A stretch of DNA of 64,000 bases from an uncultured Candidatus Saccharibacteria bacterium. GTDB taxonomy: Bacteria; Patescibacteriota; Doudnabacteria; UBA920; 2-01-FULL-46-14. The stretch's first letter is position 1. Each line of letters starts with the position of its first letter. Made by a program: the position numbers and the translations under genes. The DNA is taken from NCBI GenBank assembly GCA_964360335.1, contig CAYHVH010000002.1, positions 804-64,803 on the forward strand, read 5' to 3'. Below are positions 27,285 to 36,582 of this stretch, one piece after another. The notes under the pieces are model-generated. The model was not told the DNA's origin and did not search any database. It saw only the letters and a program-made list of their open reading frames with translations.

Positions 27285-27959
27285 ATGTCTAAACGTTTTG
27301 AGGAAATTGCCAAGCTCGTGGATCCGGCTAAGGTCTACCCCATCGAGGAGGCGATAAAGCTAGCGAAGCAAACCTCAACCGTGAAGTTTGACGCCTCGGT
27401 TGAGGTGCATTTCAAGCTGAATGTTGACCCAAAGCAGACTGACCAAAAGGTCCGCACCCAGGTAATGTTGCGGCATGGAACCGGCAAAACTTTGCGCGTG
27501 GCGGCTTTTGTGACCCACACTCGGGAAAAGGAAGCGAGAGAGGCAGGGGCAGAGCCGGTTGGGGGGGAGGAACTGGTAAAGCGCATCAAGGAAACGGAAA
27601 AAACCGATTTTGATGTTGCCGTCGCCGAACCCGCGATGATGAAAAGTTTGACCATGATTGCCAAGATTTTGGGGCAACGGGGCCTAATGCCCAACCCGAA
27701 AACTGGAACCGTCGGCGAGGCAGTGGCGAAAATGATTAAAGAGCTAAAGGCCGGAAAAATCGACATCAAAACAGACGATTCCGGCAACATCCACCAAACC
27801 ATCGGCCGGGTGTCCTTTGACGATCGGAAACTTCTGGAAAATTTCCAAGATCTCAAGGAAGCGATCTATAAAGCCAAACCGGGTTCGGTCAAACGGGATT
27901 TTGTCTCTGCCATTACTTTGAGTTCCTCGATGGGCCCGGGGATCCGGGTTGAGAAATAA
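27285..27959 (+). CDS. rplA: 50S ribosomal protein L1
   Basis: MSKRFEEIAKLVDPAKVYPIEEAIKLAK...FDASVEVHFKLNVDPKQTDQKVR... is canonical L1. Preceded by tctaatttctaatgtctaatgtct repeats. Confidence 0.95.
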   Translation: MSKRFEEIAKLVDPAKVYPIEEAIKLAKQTSTVKFDASVEVHFKLNVDPKQTDQKVRTQVMLRHGTGKTLRVAAFVTHTREKEAREAGAEPVGGEELVKRIKETEKTDFDVAVAEPAMMKSLTMIAKILGQRGLMPNPKTGTVGEAVAKMIKELKAGKIDIKTDDSGNIHQTIGRVSFDDRKLLENFQDLKEAIYKAKPGSVKRDFVSAITLSSSMGPGIRVEK

Positions 27960-27973
27960 ATGTTTGGGAAAAC

Positions 27974-27996
27974 CCGACCTGGAGTCGGATTTTTTT
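27974..27996 (+). terminator. Rho-independent terminator-like hairpin after rplA
   Basis: ccgac-ctgga-gtcgg followed by a T7 run at 27990-27996. Confidence 0.45.
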
Positions 27997-28051
27997 GACC
28001 CCTGGTTTCAGATGGGGTAAGATAAGAAGGAAGAATCTAAAAAGACCTGGC

Positions 28052-28651
28052 GTGCTGCTTTCCGACAAAGACATCAAAGCGAAACTTGCAAACGGCGAGA
28101 TTAAAATTGAACCCTTGCCGGATTTGGATATAGCCCTGGGCCCAATTTCGATTGACTTGCGGCTGGGGCACCAATTTTTGGTCTACAAACGGACCGAGCA
28201 GCCCTTTATCGATGTCAAAAAACCGGAAACTTTCGAGAATTTGACCACGCTCCTGAGCAAAAACGAGGCGGAGTCGTTTACCATTCACCCCGGGGAGTTT
28301 GTTCTCGCCGGTACTCTGGAATATGTGGAGATTCCCAATAACCTGGCCGGCCGTCTGGAAGGCCGCTCCAGCCTCGGCCGTCTGGGGATTATCATCCACT
28401 CGACCGCCGGGAAGTTTGACCCGGGCTGGAAAGGCCGGCTGGTTTTGGAAATCAGCAATATCGGCCTTGTTCCGGTCCGGCTTTACCCGGAGATGCGGGT
28501 CTGCCAGCTGCTGTTTGAGGAGTTAAGCTCGGAAACTTCCCAGCCCTATACGGCGCGAAAAACCTCGAAATACAAATTCCAGGGTCAGCCGGTCGGCAGC
28601 CGGATCGTGGCCGAGGAGGAAGAATTGCAAAATAAAGGGAAACTGCTGTGA
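28052..28651 (+). CDS. dcd: dCTP deaminase
   Basis: (M)LLSDKDIKAKLANGEIKIEP...GRSSLGRLGIIIHSTAGKFDPGWKGRLVLEISN is canonical Dcd. GTG start at 28052 gives the typical MxLSDxDI N-terminus. The track uses TTG at 27995, which would overlap the terminator T-run. Confidence 0.8.
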   Translation: MLLSDKDIKAKLANGEIKIEPLPDLDIALGPISIDLRLGHQFLVYKRTEQPFIDVKKPETFENLTTLLSKNEAESFTIHPGEFVLAGTLEYVEIPNNLAGRLEGRSSLGRLGIIIHSTAGKFDPGWKGRLVLEISNIGLVPVRLYPEMRVCQLLFEELSSETSQPYTARKTSKYKFQGQPVGSRIVAEEEELQNKGKLL

Positions 28652-29073
28652 AGGTTAAAATCAAGCGGCTCGATAAAAGTTTACCCTTGCCGGACTATCA
28701 CACAAAGGGAGCAGTGGCGTTTGATATTTATTCGCGCGTTGACGAAATCATCGGGCCACACGGCAGAAAAATCGTTCCCTCGAACCTAATCATTGAGGTT
28801 CCCAAAGGTTATGTCCTGGTTCTTGCCGCCCGAAGCAGCCTGTCTAAAAAGGGGCTGAGGCTCAGTAATGGCATCGGAATCATTGACCAAGATTATCACG
28901 GACCTCAAGATGAAATCAGTATTCTTTTGAATAACTTTACGGACCAATCGGTTGAGGTAAAAAAAGGCGAAAGGATTGCGCAAGGATTCATCATTCCTGT
29001 GGAAAAGGCGGATTGGGAAGAGGTTCCGGAAATAAAAAAAGAATCAAGAGGCGGATTTGGTTCAACGGGATAA
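28648..29073 (+). CDS. dut: dUTP diphosphatase
   Basis: GTGA overlap with dcd. AFDIYSR..., GLRLSNGIGIIDQDYHGP, RIAQ, SRGGFGSTG are the dUTPase motifs. Confidence 0.9.
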   Translation: MKVKIKRLDKSLPLPDYHTKGAVAFDIYSRVDEIIGPHGRKIVPSNLIIEVPKGYVLVLAARSSLSKKGLRLSNGIGIIDQDYHGPQDEISILLNNFTDQSVEVKKGERIAQGFIIPVEKADWEEVPEIKKESRGGFGSTG

Positions 29074-29159
29074 CTACTTAGCTTCGTCATTGCGAGGAGC
29101 TCTGCGACGAAGCAATCTGCATTGGGATTGCTTCGCTTCACTCGCAATGACAAAACAAT
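29074..29159. repeat. Long-hairpin intergenic element (family R2), copy A
   Basis: ...tcattgcgaggagctctgcgacgaagcaatc tgcattggg attgcttcgcttcactcgcaatgacaaaacaata. The ends tcattgcgag / ctcgcaatga are perfectly complementary and the whole element folds as an ~80-nt hairpin. Confidence 0.7.
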
Positions 29160-29813
29160 ATGAAAGGCAAACTTATCGTCATAGACGGTACTGACGGTTC
29201 GGGCAAAGCTACCCAGACAACCACGCTCATTAAAAATTTAAAAAAGGCAGGATATAGAGTTGCCCGGATTGATTTCCCTCGATATGGGCGAAAATCAGCG
29301 GCCCTAGTTGAAGCTTATCTCAAAGGAGAACTGGGTTCGGCCAGAAAGCTAGGGCCCTATATTCCTTCCCTCTTCTACGCGGTTGATCGGTTTGCTGCAA
29401 GCCACGAAATACGCACTAAACTGCAAAAAGGACAAATCGTAATCGCCAACCGCTATGTCGCGGCTAACCTGGCCCACCAGGGCGGTAAAATCGACGATAA
29501 AAGGGCGAGGATGGCCTATTATGAGTGGGTTTTGAACCTCGAATATGGCTTGATGAAGCTACCTCATCCAGCTTTGAACATTATCCTCTATCTGCCAGCT
29601 GAAGTCGCCTTGGGTCTTGTGGAAAAACGCGGTAACAAAAAAGATATCCACGAAAAAGACCTAGCCCACCTGCGAGCCGCAGAAAAAACTTACCTTGAGA
29701 TTGCGGAAAAGTTCGGCTTTCCTGTAATCAAGTGTTATCAAAATGGCGGGCTCTTGAGTCGGGCAAAAGTCGCAGAGTTAGTTTGGAAAAAAGTTAAGCA
29801 GGTCCTGCGATGA
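29160..29813 (+). CDS. tmk: Thymidylate kinase
   Basis: P-loop [15 protein letters not shown] and a DRF-like motif (VDRFAAS); LID region present. Confidence 0.9.
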   Translation: MKGKLIVIDGTDGSGKATQTTTLIKNLKKAGYRVARIDFPRYGRKSAALVEAYLKGELGSARKLGPYIPSLFYAVDRFAASHEIRTKLQKGQIVIANRYVAANLAHQGGKIDDKRARMAYYEWVLNLEYGLMKLPHPALNIILYLPAEVALGLVEKRGNKKDIHEKDLAHLRAAEKTYLEIAEKFGFPVIKCYQNGGLLSRAKVAELVWKKVKQVLR

Positions 29814-30739
29814 AACAATATCTTCAGCTTCTCGACAATGTTCTGAAAGAGGGGAGAGACCGTCCGGACCGCACGGACGTGGGAACGCGCGGGATTTTTG
29901 GCTACCAGATGCGCTTTGATCTCGAGAAAGGATTCCCGCTTTTAACAACCAAGAAAGTCAATATCAAGGCGGTTATCTACGAGTTGCTGTGGTTTTTGCG
30001 CGGGGACACAAACATCAAGTTTTTAGTCGATAACGACGTGAAGATCTGGAACGAATGGGGCTTCCAAGTTTATTTGGAAGAAAACGGTCTTCACAAACGG
30101 TACCCGATGTATTCGGAAGCCTGGAAGGAAAAATTGGAAGAATTTGTGCAGAATGTCAAAGACGATCGCGAGTTTGCGGCTAAATGGGGAGAGCTCGGGC
30201 CGGTTTACGGCAAGCAGTGGGTGAGATGGTTGGGTCCGGATGGCCAGGAAATCAACCAAATTCAAAATGTGGTGGAGATGATTAAAAAAGACCCATATTC
30301 CCGTCGGATTATTGTCAGCGGCTGGAATGTTGGCGAAATCCAGGGCTTGATTAAGCAAAAACATGCGGCACCCCCATCTTGCCACACGATTTTTCAATTC
30401 TACGTCGTGGACGGAAAACTATCCTGCCAACTTTATCAGCGAAGCGCTGACCTTTTTTTGGGCGTACCTTTTAATCTGGCGTCCTATTCACTTTTAACGA
30501 TGATGATGGCCCAGGTTTGTGGCCTTAAACCCGGCGAGTTTGTCCACACTTTCGGCGATGTCCATATTTACCAGAATCACTTTGAGCAAGTGAAATTACA
30601 GCTCTCCCGCGAGCCACGGCCCCTGCCGACGATGAAGATTAATCCGAAGGTTAAGGACATTTTTAGCTTTAAATACGAGGATTTTACCTTGGAGAATTAT
30701 AATCCTCATCCGGGAATCAAAGCGCCAATAGCCGTATGA
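29810..30739 (+). CDS. thyA: Thymidylate synthase (ThyA type)
   Basis: [25 protein letters not shown], the active-site PPCH motif ([14 protein letters not shown]) and [13 protein letters not shown]. Confidence 0.95.
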   Translation: MKQYLQLLDNVLKEGRDRPDRTDVGTRGIFGYQMRFDLEKGFPLLTTKKVNIKAVIYELLWFLRGDTNIKFLVDNDVKIWNEWGFQVYLEENGLHKRYPMYSEAWKEKLEEFVQNVKDDREFAAKWGELGPVYGKQWVRWLGPDGQEINQIQNVVEMIKKDPYSRRIIVSGWNVGEIQGLIKQKHAAPPSCHTIFQFYVVDGKLSCQLYQRSADLFLGVPFNLASYSLLTMMMAQVCGLKPGEFVHTFGDVHIYQNHFEQVKLQLSREPRPLPTMKINPKVKDIFSFKYEDFTLENYNPHPGIKAPIAV

Positions 30740-31218
30740 AAATCACACTTATCGCGGCGGTAGCCAAAAACGGGGTGATTGGCAAAGAAAACGACCTACC
30801 GTGGTATTTGCCAGAAGATCTGAGGCATTTTAAAGCCCTGACGACCGGCAAAACCGTACTAATGGGCCGGAAGACTTTAGAATCCATATTGAGACGCAAC
30901 GGCAAGCCCTTGCCAAATCGTAAAAGTGTAGTCGTTACAAGAGATCAGAACTTTCAAGCACCGGAAGACGTGGTTGTTTTTCACAGTTTGGAAGAAGCTC
31001 TGAAAAACTTGAAAGACGAAGATGTCTTCATCATCGGCGGCGGGGAGGTATTTCGCCAAACCATAACCCTGGCCGACGCCCTGGAAATCACTCGCGTCGA
31101 TCGAGAAATCGCCGGTGATGTATTTTTTCCAAAAATCGACGAGGCGAAGTGGCGAAAAATCAAGGAAGTGACGCATCAGGGTTTCTCTTTCGCGACCTAC
31201 GAGCGGGTCAAGCATTAA
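30736..31218 (+). CDS. folA: Dihydrofolate reductase
   Basis: [47 protein letters not shown]...IIGGGEV matches canonical DHFR. Confidence 0.9.
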   Translation: MKITLIAAVAKNGVIGKENDLPWYLPEDLRHFKALTTGKTVLMGRKTLESILRRNGKPLPNRKSVVVTRDQNFQAPEDVVVFHSLEEALKNLKDEDVFIIGGGEVFRQTITLADALEITRVDREIAGDVFFPKIDEAKWRKIKEVTHQGFSFATYERVKH

Positions 31219-31249
31219 CAAGTTCTTTTTTTTCTGCTATCATATTTCT

Positions 31250-32351
31250 ATGAATGAAATCAATCTGCTGGACCGGGTTAGAGAACTAAAGTCGGCTATC
31301 GACTCGTTGCGGAGGCATCTTTGAGCTACCCCAGAAAAAGCAGAAGATTCTGGAGCTCGAGGAGCAAATGCAGCAACCTGATTTCTGGTCCGACCAGAAA
31401 TCCGCGCAAGAGGCAGCAAAAAATCTTAGCACTCTGAAAAACCAAGTGGCATTCTGGAACCAATTGGAAGTGGATATCGAGGAGCTTCTAAATTTGGCAA
31501 AACTCGCGACCCAGGAAAGCGACCGAACCTTAGAGCAGGAACTGGAGAAGAAATATCGGGAAGTTCTTCGAAAATACGAGTCCACCAGAATCACCACTTT
31601 TTTTAGTGAGAAGTACGATGATCATAACGCAATTGTTTCCATCCATGCGGGCGCCGGCGGACTAGATGCCCAGGATTGGGCGGAAATGCTCTTGCGAATG
31701 TATCTTAGATTTTGCGAAAAAAAACAGTTCCAAACAGAAATGTTCGACCAAAACCGCAATCCCGAGGGAGGAATAAAAAGCGCCACATTTGAGGTGCGCG
31801 GCAATTACGCCTACGGCTTTTTCAAAAGCGAAGCAGGCGTGCACCGTCTGGTTCGGCTTTCGGCGTTCAATCCCGCCCATACCCGCGAAACGTCTTTTGC
31901 GCTTCTTGAAGTTTTACCGGTCTTGGAGGCGAAGGAGGAGCTCGAATTGAACCCGAAGGATCTGAAAATTGAAGCGAAAACTTCGCGCGGTCATGGCGGG
32001 CAATCAGTGAATACCACCTATTCTGCAGTCCGCATCACCCACCTCCCGACCGGGATAACGGTTTCCATTCAAAACGAGCGCAGCCAAACGCAGAACAAAG
32101 CCCGAGCGCTGCAAGTTCTTACGGCCAAGGTTAAGGCCCGGGAGGAGGAACGGAAACTGCAGGAAAAGCTAAAATTACGAGGCGAATTTAAAAGCGCGGA
32201 ATGGGGGAACCAAATCAGAAGTTACGTTTTGCATCCCTATAAGCTGGTGAAAGATCACCGAACCGGCTACGAAAGCGCCGACGTCGACGGCGTTCTGAAT
32301 GGGGAACTGGACCCCTTCATTGAAAAATACCTCGAAAGACAGAAAAATTAA
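31250..32351 (+). CDS. prfB: Peptide chain release factor 2, with programmed +1 ribosomal frameshift at CTT TGA G (31319-31325)
   Basis: Frame 0 gives MNEINLLDRVRELKSAIDSLRRHL then TGA at 31322-31324, preceded by the SD-like GGAGG at 31311-31315. The +1 frame continues ELPQKKQKILELEEQMQQPDFWSDQ... through the GGQ motif (SRGHGGQSVN) to 32351. Confidence 0.9.
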
Positions 32352-32386
32352 AACATCTCCGAGTTTTGAACATTGATTTTCTGGCT

Positions 32387-33067
32387 ATGATAAAGTTTGA
32401 CCATGTCACTAAATCCTACTCCAACCAAGTAGTTGCCCTGCACGACTTGGATTTTGAAATCCAAAGCGGGGAGTTCATTTCCATTGTGGGACGCTCGGGT
32501 GCCGGAAAAAGCACCCTGCTGCGCTTGATTATCCGAGAAGAATATCCCACGTCTGGCGTTGTCCTTATCGAAGGAACTGACATCGCCGGCATTAGATCGC
32601 AGGATATTCCTTACCTGCGGCGCAAAATCGGCGTCGTCTTTCAAGACATCAAGCTGCTTCCTTCTCGGACAGCGTTTGAAAATGTGTCCTTCGCCATGGA
32701 AGTCGGCGGCGTACCTTGGTCGGAAATTGAAAACGAGGTGCCGGAAATCCTGGCGCTGGTTGGCCTGGCAGAAAAGGCCAGTGCTTTTCCCAGCGAACTT
32801 TCGGGAGGGGAAAAGCAAAGGGTGGCAATCGCTCGGGCCTTGGCCCACAAACCAGCTCTCTTATTGGCGGACGAGCCGACCGGCAATCTCGACGAGATCA
32901 ATGCCATGGAACTCCTGACTGTGCTCAGAAAAATCAACGAGTTCGGCACGACCGTGGTCCTGGCGACCCACGCCAAGGAGCTCGTCGACAAAATGAAGAA
33001 ACGAGTGATTGTTCTGGAACAGGGGGAGATCGTTTCCGACCAGCAACAGGGCAAATATCGCTTATGA
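32387..33067 (+). CDS. ftsE: Cell-division ABC ATPase FtsE
   Basis: MIKFDHVTKSY...GRSGAGKSTLL (Walker A), LSGGEKQRVAIARAL (signature), LLLADEPTGNLD (Walker B). The track start is an upstream TTG. Confidence 0.9.
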   Translation: MIKFDHVTKSYSNQVVALHDLDFEIQSGEFISIVGRSGAGKSTLLRLIIREEYPTSGVVLIEGTDIAGIRSQDIPYLRRKIGVVFQDIKLLPSRTAFENVSFAMEVGGVPWSEIENEVPEILALVGLAEKASAFPSELSGGEKQRVAIARALAHKPALLLADEPTGNLDEINAMELLTVLRKINEFGTTVVLATHAKELVDKMKKRVIVLEQGEIVSDQQQGKYRL

Positions 33068-33170
33068 TTATTAATTTGGTCTTTGCGAGGAGTCCCGTCG
33101 GACGGAACGACGATGCAATCTCAAAGATTGCCGCGCCTCGTCGGACGAGGCTCGCAATGACAAAAAATAA
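33068..33170. repeat. Long-hairpin intergenic element (family R2), copy B
   Basis: ...tctttgcgaggagtcccgtcggacggaacgacgatgcaatc tcaaag attgccgcgcctcgtcggacgaggctcgcaatgacaaaaaataa. It shares the ttgcgaggag start and the ctcgcaatgacaaaa end with copy A; the internal arms differ but remain complementary. Confidence 0.7.
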
Positions 33171-34085
33171 GTGAATTCCGTAACTTTTGGCCGCATCCTG
33201 AATAACGGTTTCCTTAACTATTGGCGGAATTTTTGGCTGTCCGTGGCCGCTACCGCCATTATGGTCATTACCCTGTTTATTATCAGTAGTCTCTTGGTGC
33301 TTAATACCCTTGCGAACGTTTCCCTCGCTTCCATTCAGGAAAAGGTTGACATCGGCGTGTACTTCAAGCTCACAACAACAGAGCAGACTATCAAACAAAT
33401 CGAGCGGCAGTTGGAGCTTTTGGGGGAGGTTAAATCCATTGTCTACATTCCGCCCGTCGTGGCGCGGGAAAAGTTTAAGGAATTGCACAAGGATGAACCG
33501 CTGCTTCTAGAGTCAGTCGAGCAGTTTTCGGACGAAGAAAACCCTTTTCCGGCCTCTTTCGCCATCCGGGTGAGGAGCCTCGCCGATTATCCAACCATTA
33601 TCAATCTATTTCAGGGCGAAAAATTTACGCCCTTTGTCAAAAAGATTACCGACAAGCGCGCCGTGGTCGACCGCCTGAACAGGATCACGACCGGCATCAG
33701 GAAGTTAGGCTTTGGCCTAACCTCGGTCTTTGGGGTCATTACGCTTATTGTGATGTTCAATACTGTCCGTCTCACCATCTATAACCGCAGAGAGGAAATC
33801 GAGATTATGCGGCTAGTCGGCGCCTCGAACTGGTTCATCCGCGGGCCGTTCGTCATCGAAGGGATGCTCTACGGAATAGTGGGGGCGATTCTTACGGCCG
33901 TTTTGCTTTATCCCCTAATTTTCATCCTTACCCCAAAAATTTCCGGTTTTTTGGAGCTGGATCTCCTGACCTCAAATTATCTGGGGCTAAATTTTTGGGC
34001 CCTGTTCCTTCTGCAGTTGGCACTCGGCATCAGCTTGGGGACGATCTCCTCGGTCATCGTCATTCGCCGCTATCTGAGGATTTGA
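33171..34085 (+). CDS. ftsX: Cell-division permease-like protein FtsX
   Basis: Follows ftsE. N-terminal TM, a large extracytoplasmic loop, and three C-terminal TMs (FtsX-like permease topology). GTG start. Confidence 0.8.
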   Translation: MNSVTFGRILNNGFLNYWRNFWLSVAATAIMVITLFIISSLLVLNTLANVSLASIQEKVDIGVYFKLTTTEQTIKQIERQLELLGEVKSIVYIPPVVAREKFKELHKDEPLLLESVEQFSDEENPFPASFAIRVRSLADYPTIINLFQGEKFTPFVKKITDKRAVVDRLNRITTGIRKLGFGLTSVFGVITLIVMFNTVRLTIYNRREEIEIMRLVGASNWFIRGPFVIEGMLYGIVGAILTAVLLYPLIFILTPKISGFLELDLLTSNYLGLNFWALFLLQLALGISLGTISSVIVIRRYLRI

Positions 34086-34089
34086 ACAG

Positions 34090-34539
34090 ATGAAGATTAT
34101 TTTACTGAAGGACATTAAGAACTTGGGGCGGCTAGGCGAAATTTTAGAGGTGAAAAGCGGCTACGCGAGGAATTTTTTGATTCCCCGCCACCTCGCCCGC
34201 CTGGCAGATCTCAAAAGCGTCGAGGAAATCGAGAAGCGCCGAGACCAGGAGAGATCTCAGGAGGCCAAAGCCCAAGCGCAGGCTGAGAAACTTGCAACGA
34301 GTCTTAAGTCTCGGACCTTTGGGACAGCGGCTGCGGCTGACGAGAAAGGCCACCTTTACGCGGGCTTGAAAGAGACTGCAATTCTCGCTAAGATTAGGGA
34401 GAGCGAACCGGGACTTCCGATCGAGACCAAACTTCTGGATTACGTGCCGATTAAAGAGTTGGGAAGTTATGTGCTGAAAGTTAGGATTCGACCGGGTGCC
34501 GAGGCCGTGGAAATAAACCTTCAGGTTACCAAAGCATAA
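34090..34539 (+). CDS. rplI: 50S ribosomal protein L9
   Basis: MKIILLKDIKNLGRLGEILEVKSGYARNFLIPRHLA is canonical L9. Confidence 0.9.
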   Translation: MKIILLKDIKNLGRLGEILEVKSGYARNFLIPRHLARLADLKSVEEIEKRRDQERSQEAKAQAQAEKLATSLKSRTFGTAAAADEKGHLYAGLKETAILAKIRESEPGLPIETKLLDYVPIKELGSYVLKVRIRPGAEAVEINLQVTKA

Positions 34540-34543
34540 TTTG

Positions 34544-36214
34544 ATGGCAAAAAAAGCAAACATTTCCAAAGCCAAGCAGACGCGTTACCTCTTTGTCATC
34601 GGGGGCGTAATGTCATCTGTGGGCAAAGGAGTTACTACGGCTTCCATCGGCCGTATTTTAAAATCCAAGGGCTACAACGTCGCCATCGTGAAATGTGAGA
34701 TGTACATCAATATTGACGCCGGCACCATTCGGCCCACAGAACACGGAGAAGTCTTTGTGGGCTCAGACGGGATCGAAGCCGACCAAGATTTAGGGAACTA
34801 TGAACGCTTTACCGGGAATCTTTCGCAGTCAGAAAATTTTATCACGCAAGGCCAAATTTACTTGGAGGTCGTCCGCCGGGAACGCAATCTAGGTTACGGC
34901 GGGGAAGACGTAGAGGTCATTCCGGACATTCCCAACGAAATTATCCGCCGTCTGAAAGTCGTGGAGAAGAAACAAAGACCGGATTTTATCATCGTGGAAA
35001 TCGGCGGGACGGTGGGCGAGTATCAGGACTTGTTGTTTTTGGAGGCGGCTCGAATGATGCACCTCAAGTCGCCGGAATTGGTACAGTTTGTCCTGGTAAG
35101 CTATCTCCCGATCCCCAAGACTGTGGGAGAAATGAAGACGAAACCCACCCAGTATGCGACCCGGACTCTGAATTCGGCGGGCATCGAGCCAGACTTCATC
35201 GTTTGTCGCTCCGAACAACCCCTGGACCGGAAGCGCAAAGACAAACTCTCGGTACTGTGCAACGTCTCCCCCGACGACCTGATTTCCGCTCCCGACGCGG
35301 AATCGATTTACGAGGTACCGCTCCTTTTGGAAAAGGAAAACTTGGGCGAGAAAATCCTGCGCAAATTCGATTTGAAACCGCGCTCGCGTGACCTTCGGGA
35401 TTGGCGGCTCTTAGTGAAAAAAATCAAAAAAGCGCAAAAGCCCCTAGACATTGCGGTGGTTGGCAAATACTTCGCGACCGGCGATTATACCCTGGTTGAT
35501 TCCTACATTTCAGTGGTCGAGGCCTTGCGCCACGCCTGCTGGCAAAACAACCGCCGACCGCGCCTGCATTGGATTAACTCCGAGGACTTTGAACAAAATC
35601 CCCGGGAGGTCGAGAAACTCAAAACCATGGCCGGGATTTTAGTCCCTGGGGGGTTTGGGGGCAGGGGGGTGGAGGGCATCATCTTGGCCATCAAATACGC
35701 GCGCGAGAAAAAAATTCCCTACTTCGGTCTGTGCTATGGCATGCAACTGATGATGGTGGAGTTCGCCAGAAATATTTGCGGCTTCAGCGGAGCCCATACC
35801 ACCGAGGTGGACCGGAATACCAAATTTCCGGTAATTGACGTGATGGAAGAGCAAAAGAAAAACCTGGCCGATAAAAATTTCGGGGCGTCGATGAGGTTGG
35901 GGAACTATCCCTGCAAAATCAAAAAGGGAACGTTGGCCGCCGCCGCCTACCAGACTACCGGTCCGGTGCTGGAGCGGCACCGCCACCGCTACGAGGTGAA
36001 CAATAAGTTTCGGAAAAAAATGGAAGAAAAAGGCATGGTGTTTTCCGGGGTTTATGCCAAAAAGGACCTGGTGGAAATTGCGGAACTTGACAAAAAAAAG
36101 CACCCCTGGTACTTGGGGACGCAATTCCATCCGGAATTTGATTCTCGTCCTTGGAAGCCGCAAGCGCTGTTCGACGGCTTTATCAAAGCCTGCATTAGGC
36201 TACATTCACAATAG
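34544..36214 (+). CDS. pyrG: CTP synthase
   Basis: N-terminal [17 protein letters not shown]; C-terminal glutamine amidotransferase GLCYGMQ with HPEF. ATG at 34544 (the track uses TTG at 34541). Confidence 0.95.
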   Translation: MAKKANISKAKQTRYLFVIGGVMSSVGKGVTTASIGRILKSKGYNVAIVKCEMYINIDAGTIRPTEHGEVFVGSDGIEADQDLGNYERFTGNLSQSENFITQGQIYLEVVRRERNLGYGGEDVEVIPDIPNEIIRRLKVVEKKQRPDFIIVEIGGTVGEYQDLLFLEAARMMHLKSPELVQFVLVSYLPIPKTVGEMKTKPTQYATRTLNSAGIEPDFIVCRSEQPLDRKRKDKLSVLCNVSPDDLISAPDAESIYEVPLLLEKENLGEKILRKFDLKPRSRDLRDWRLLVKKIKKAQKPLDIAVVGKYFATGDYTLVDSYISVVEALRHACWQNNRRPRLHWINSEDFEQNPREVEKLKTMAGILVPGGFGGRGVEGIILAIKYAREKKIPYFGLCYGMQLMMVEFARNICGFSGAHTTEVDRNTKFPVIDVMEEQKKNLADKNFGASMRLGNYPCKIKKGTLAAAAYQTTGPVLERHRHRYEVNNKFRKKMEEKGMVFSGVYAKKDLVEIAELDKKKHPWYLGTQFHPEFDSRPWKPQALFDGFIKACIRLHSQ

Positions 36215-36467
36215 TCCGCGGTTTTAGCCGGCCGTTAAAAGCCCGTTTAAGTTTTTTCTGAAACCTCACGACGCCGGTCTTGAGAGAATACAGCGTGTCG
36301 TCCTTGCCGAGCCGAACGTTTTTGCCGGGATGATATTTCGTTCCGCGCTGGCGGACGATGACGTTGCCGACTCGTACCGCTTGGCCGCCAAAAATTTTGA
36401 CTCCTAAACGCTTGGAGATGGAATCGCGTCCGAGACTAGTACTACCGCCCGCTTTTTTGTGAGCCAT
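36195..36467 (-). CDS. rpmA: 50S ribosomal protein L27
   Basis: [29 protein letters not shown]... is canonical L27. Its 3' end overlaps the pyrG 3' end by 20 nt (convergent). Confidence 0.95.
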   Translation of the reverse strand: MAHKKAGGSTSLGRDSISKRLGVKIFGGQAVRVGNVIVRQRGTKYHPGKNVRLGKDDTLYSLKTGVVRFQKKLKRAFNGRLKPRTIVNVA

Positions 36468-36582
36468 TCGACTTCGTTCTCCGCTTTGCTTCCAACTTCG
36501 CTCATGGTCTTCGTTCAGCTTGCGGCTGAACTTCGACCTCTAATTGAAGAAGTCGAATGTCCCGAGCGAAGTCGAGGGACTA
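36468..36582 (-). promoter_or_regulatory. Structured 5' leader element shared by rplK and rpmA (copy E2)
   Basis: The reverse complement reads (ta)gtccctcgacttcgctc gggacattcgacttc...gaacgaagtcgaATGgc. It is near-identical to E1 minus a ~46-nt block, and again ends exactly at the r-protein start codon (rpmA). Confidence 0.5.

Noticed and set aside
31286-31597. Minus-strand ORF 31286-31597 and the track's separate ORF 31368-32351 as the full prfB
   Set aside because: prfB is better explained as one gene with the programmed +1 frameshift joining 31250-31321 to 31323-32351. The antisense ORF overlaps the frameshift window and is spurious.
35640-35700. G-rich run ccctggggggtttgggggcaggggggtggaggg in pyrG as another palindromic repeat copy
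   Set aside because: It encodes the native glutamine-amidotransferase region [12 protein letters not shown] of CTP synthase and lacks the CTCCCCT...AGGGGAG palindrome; it is ordinary coding sequence.
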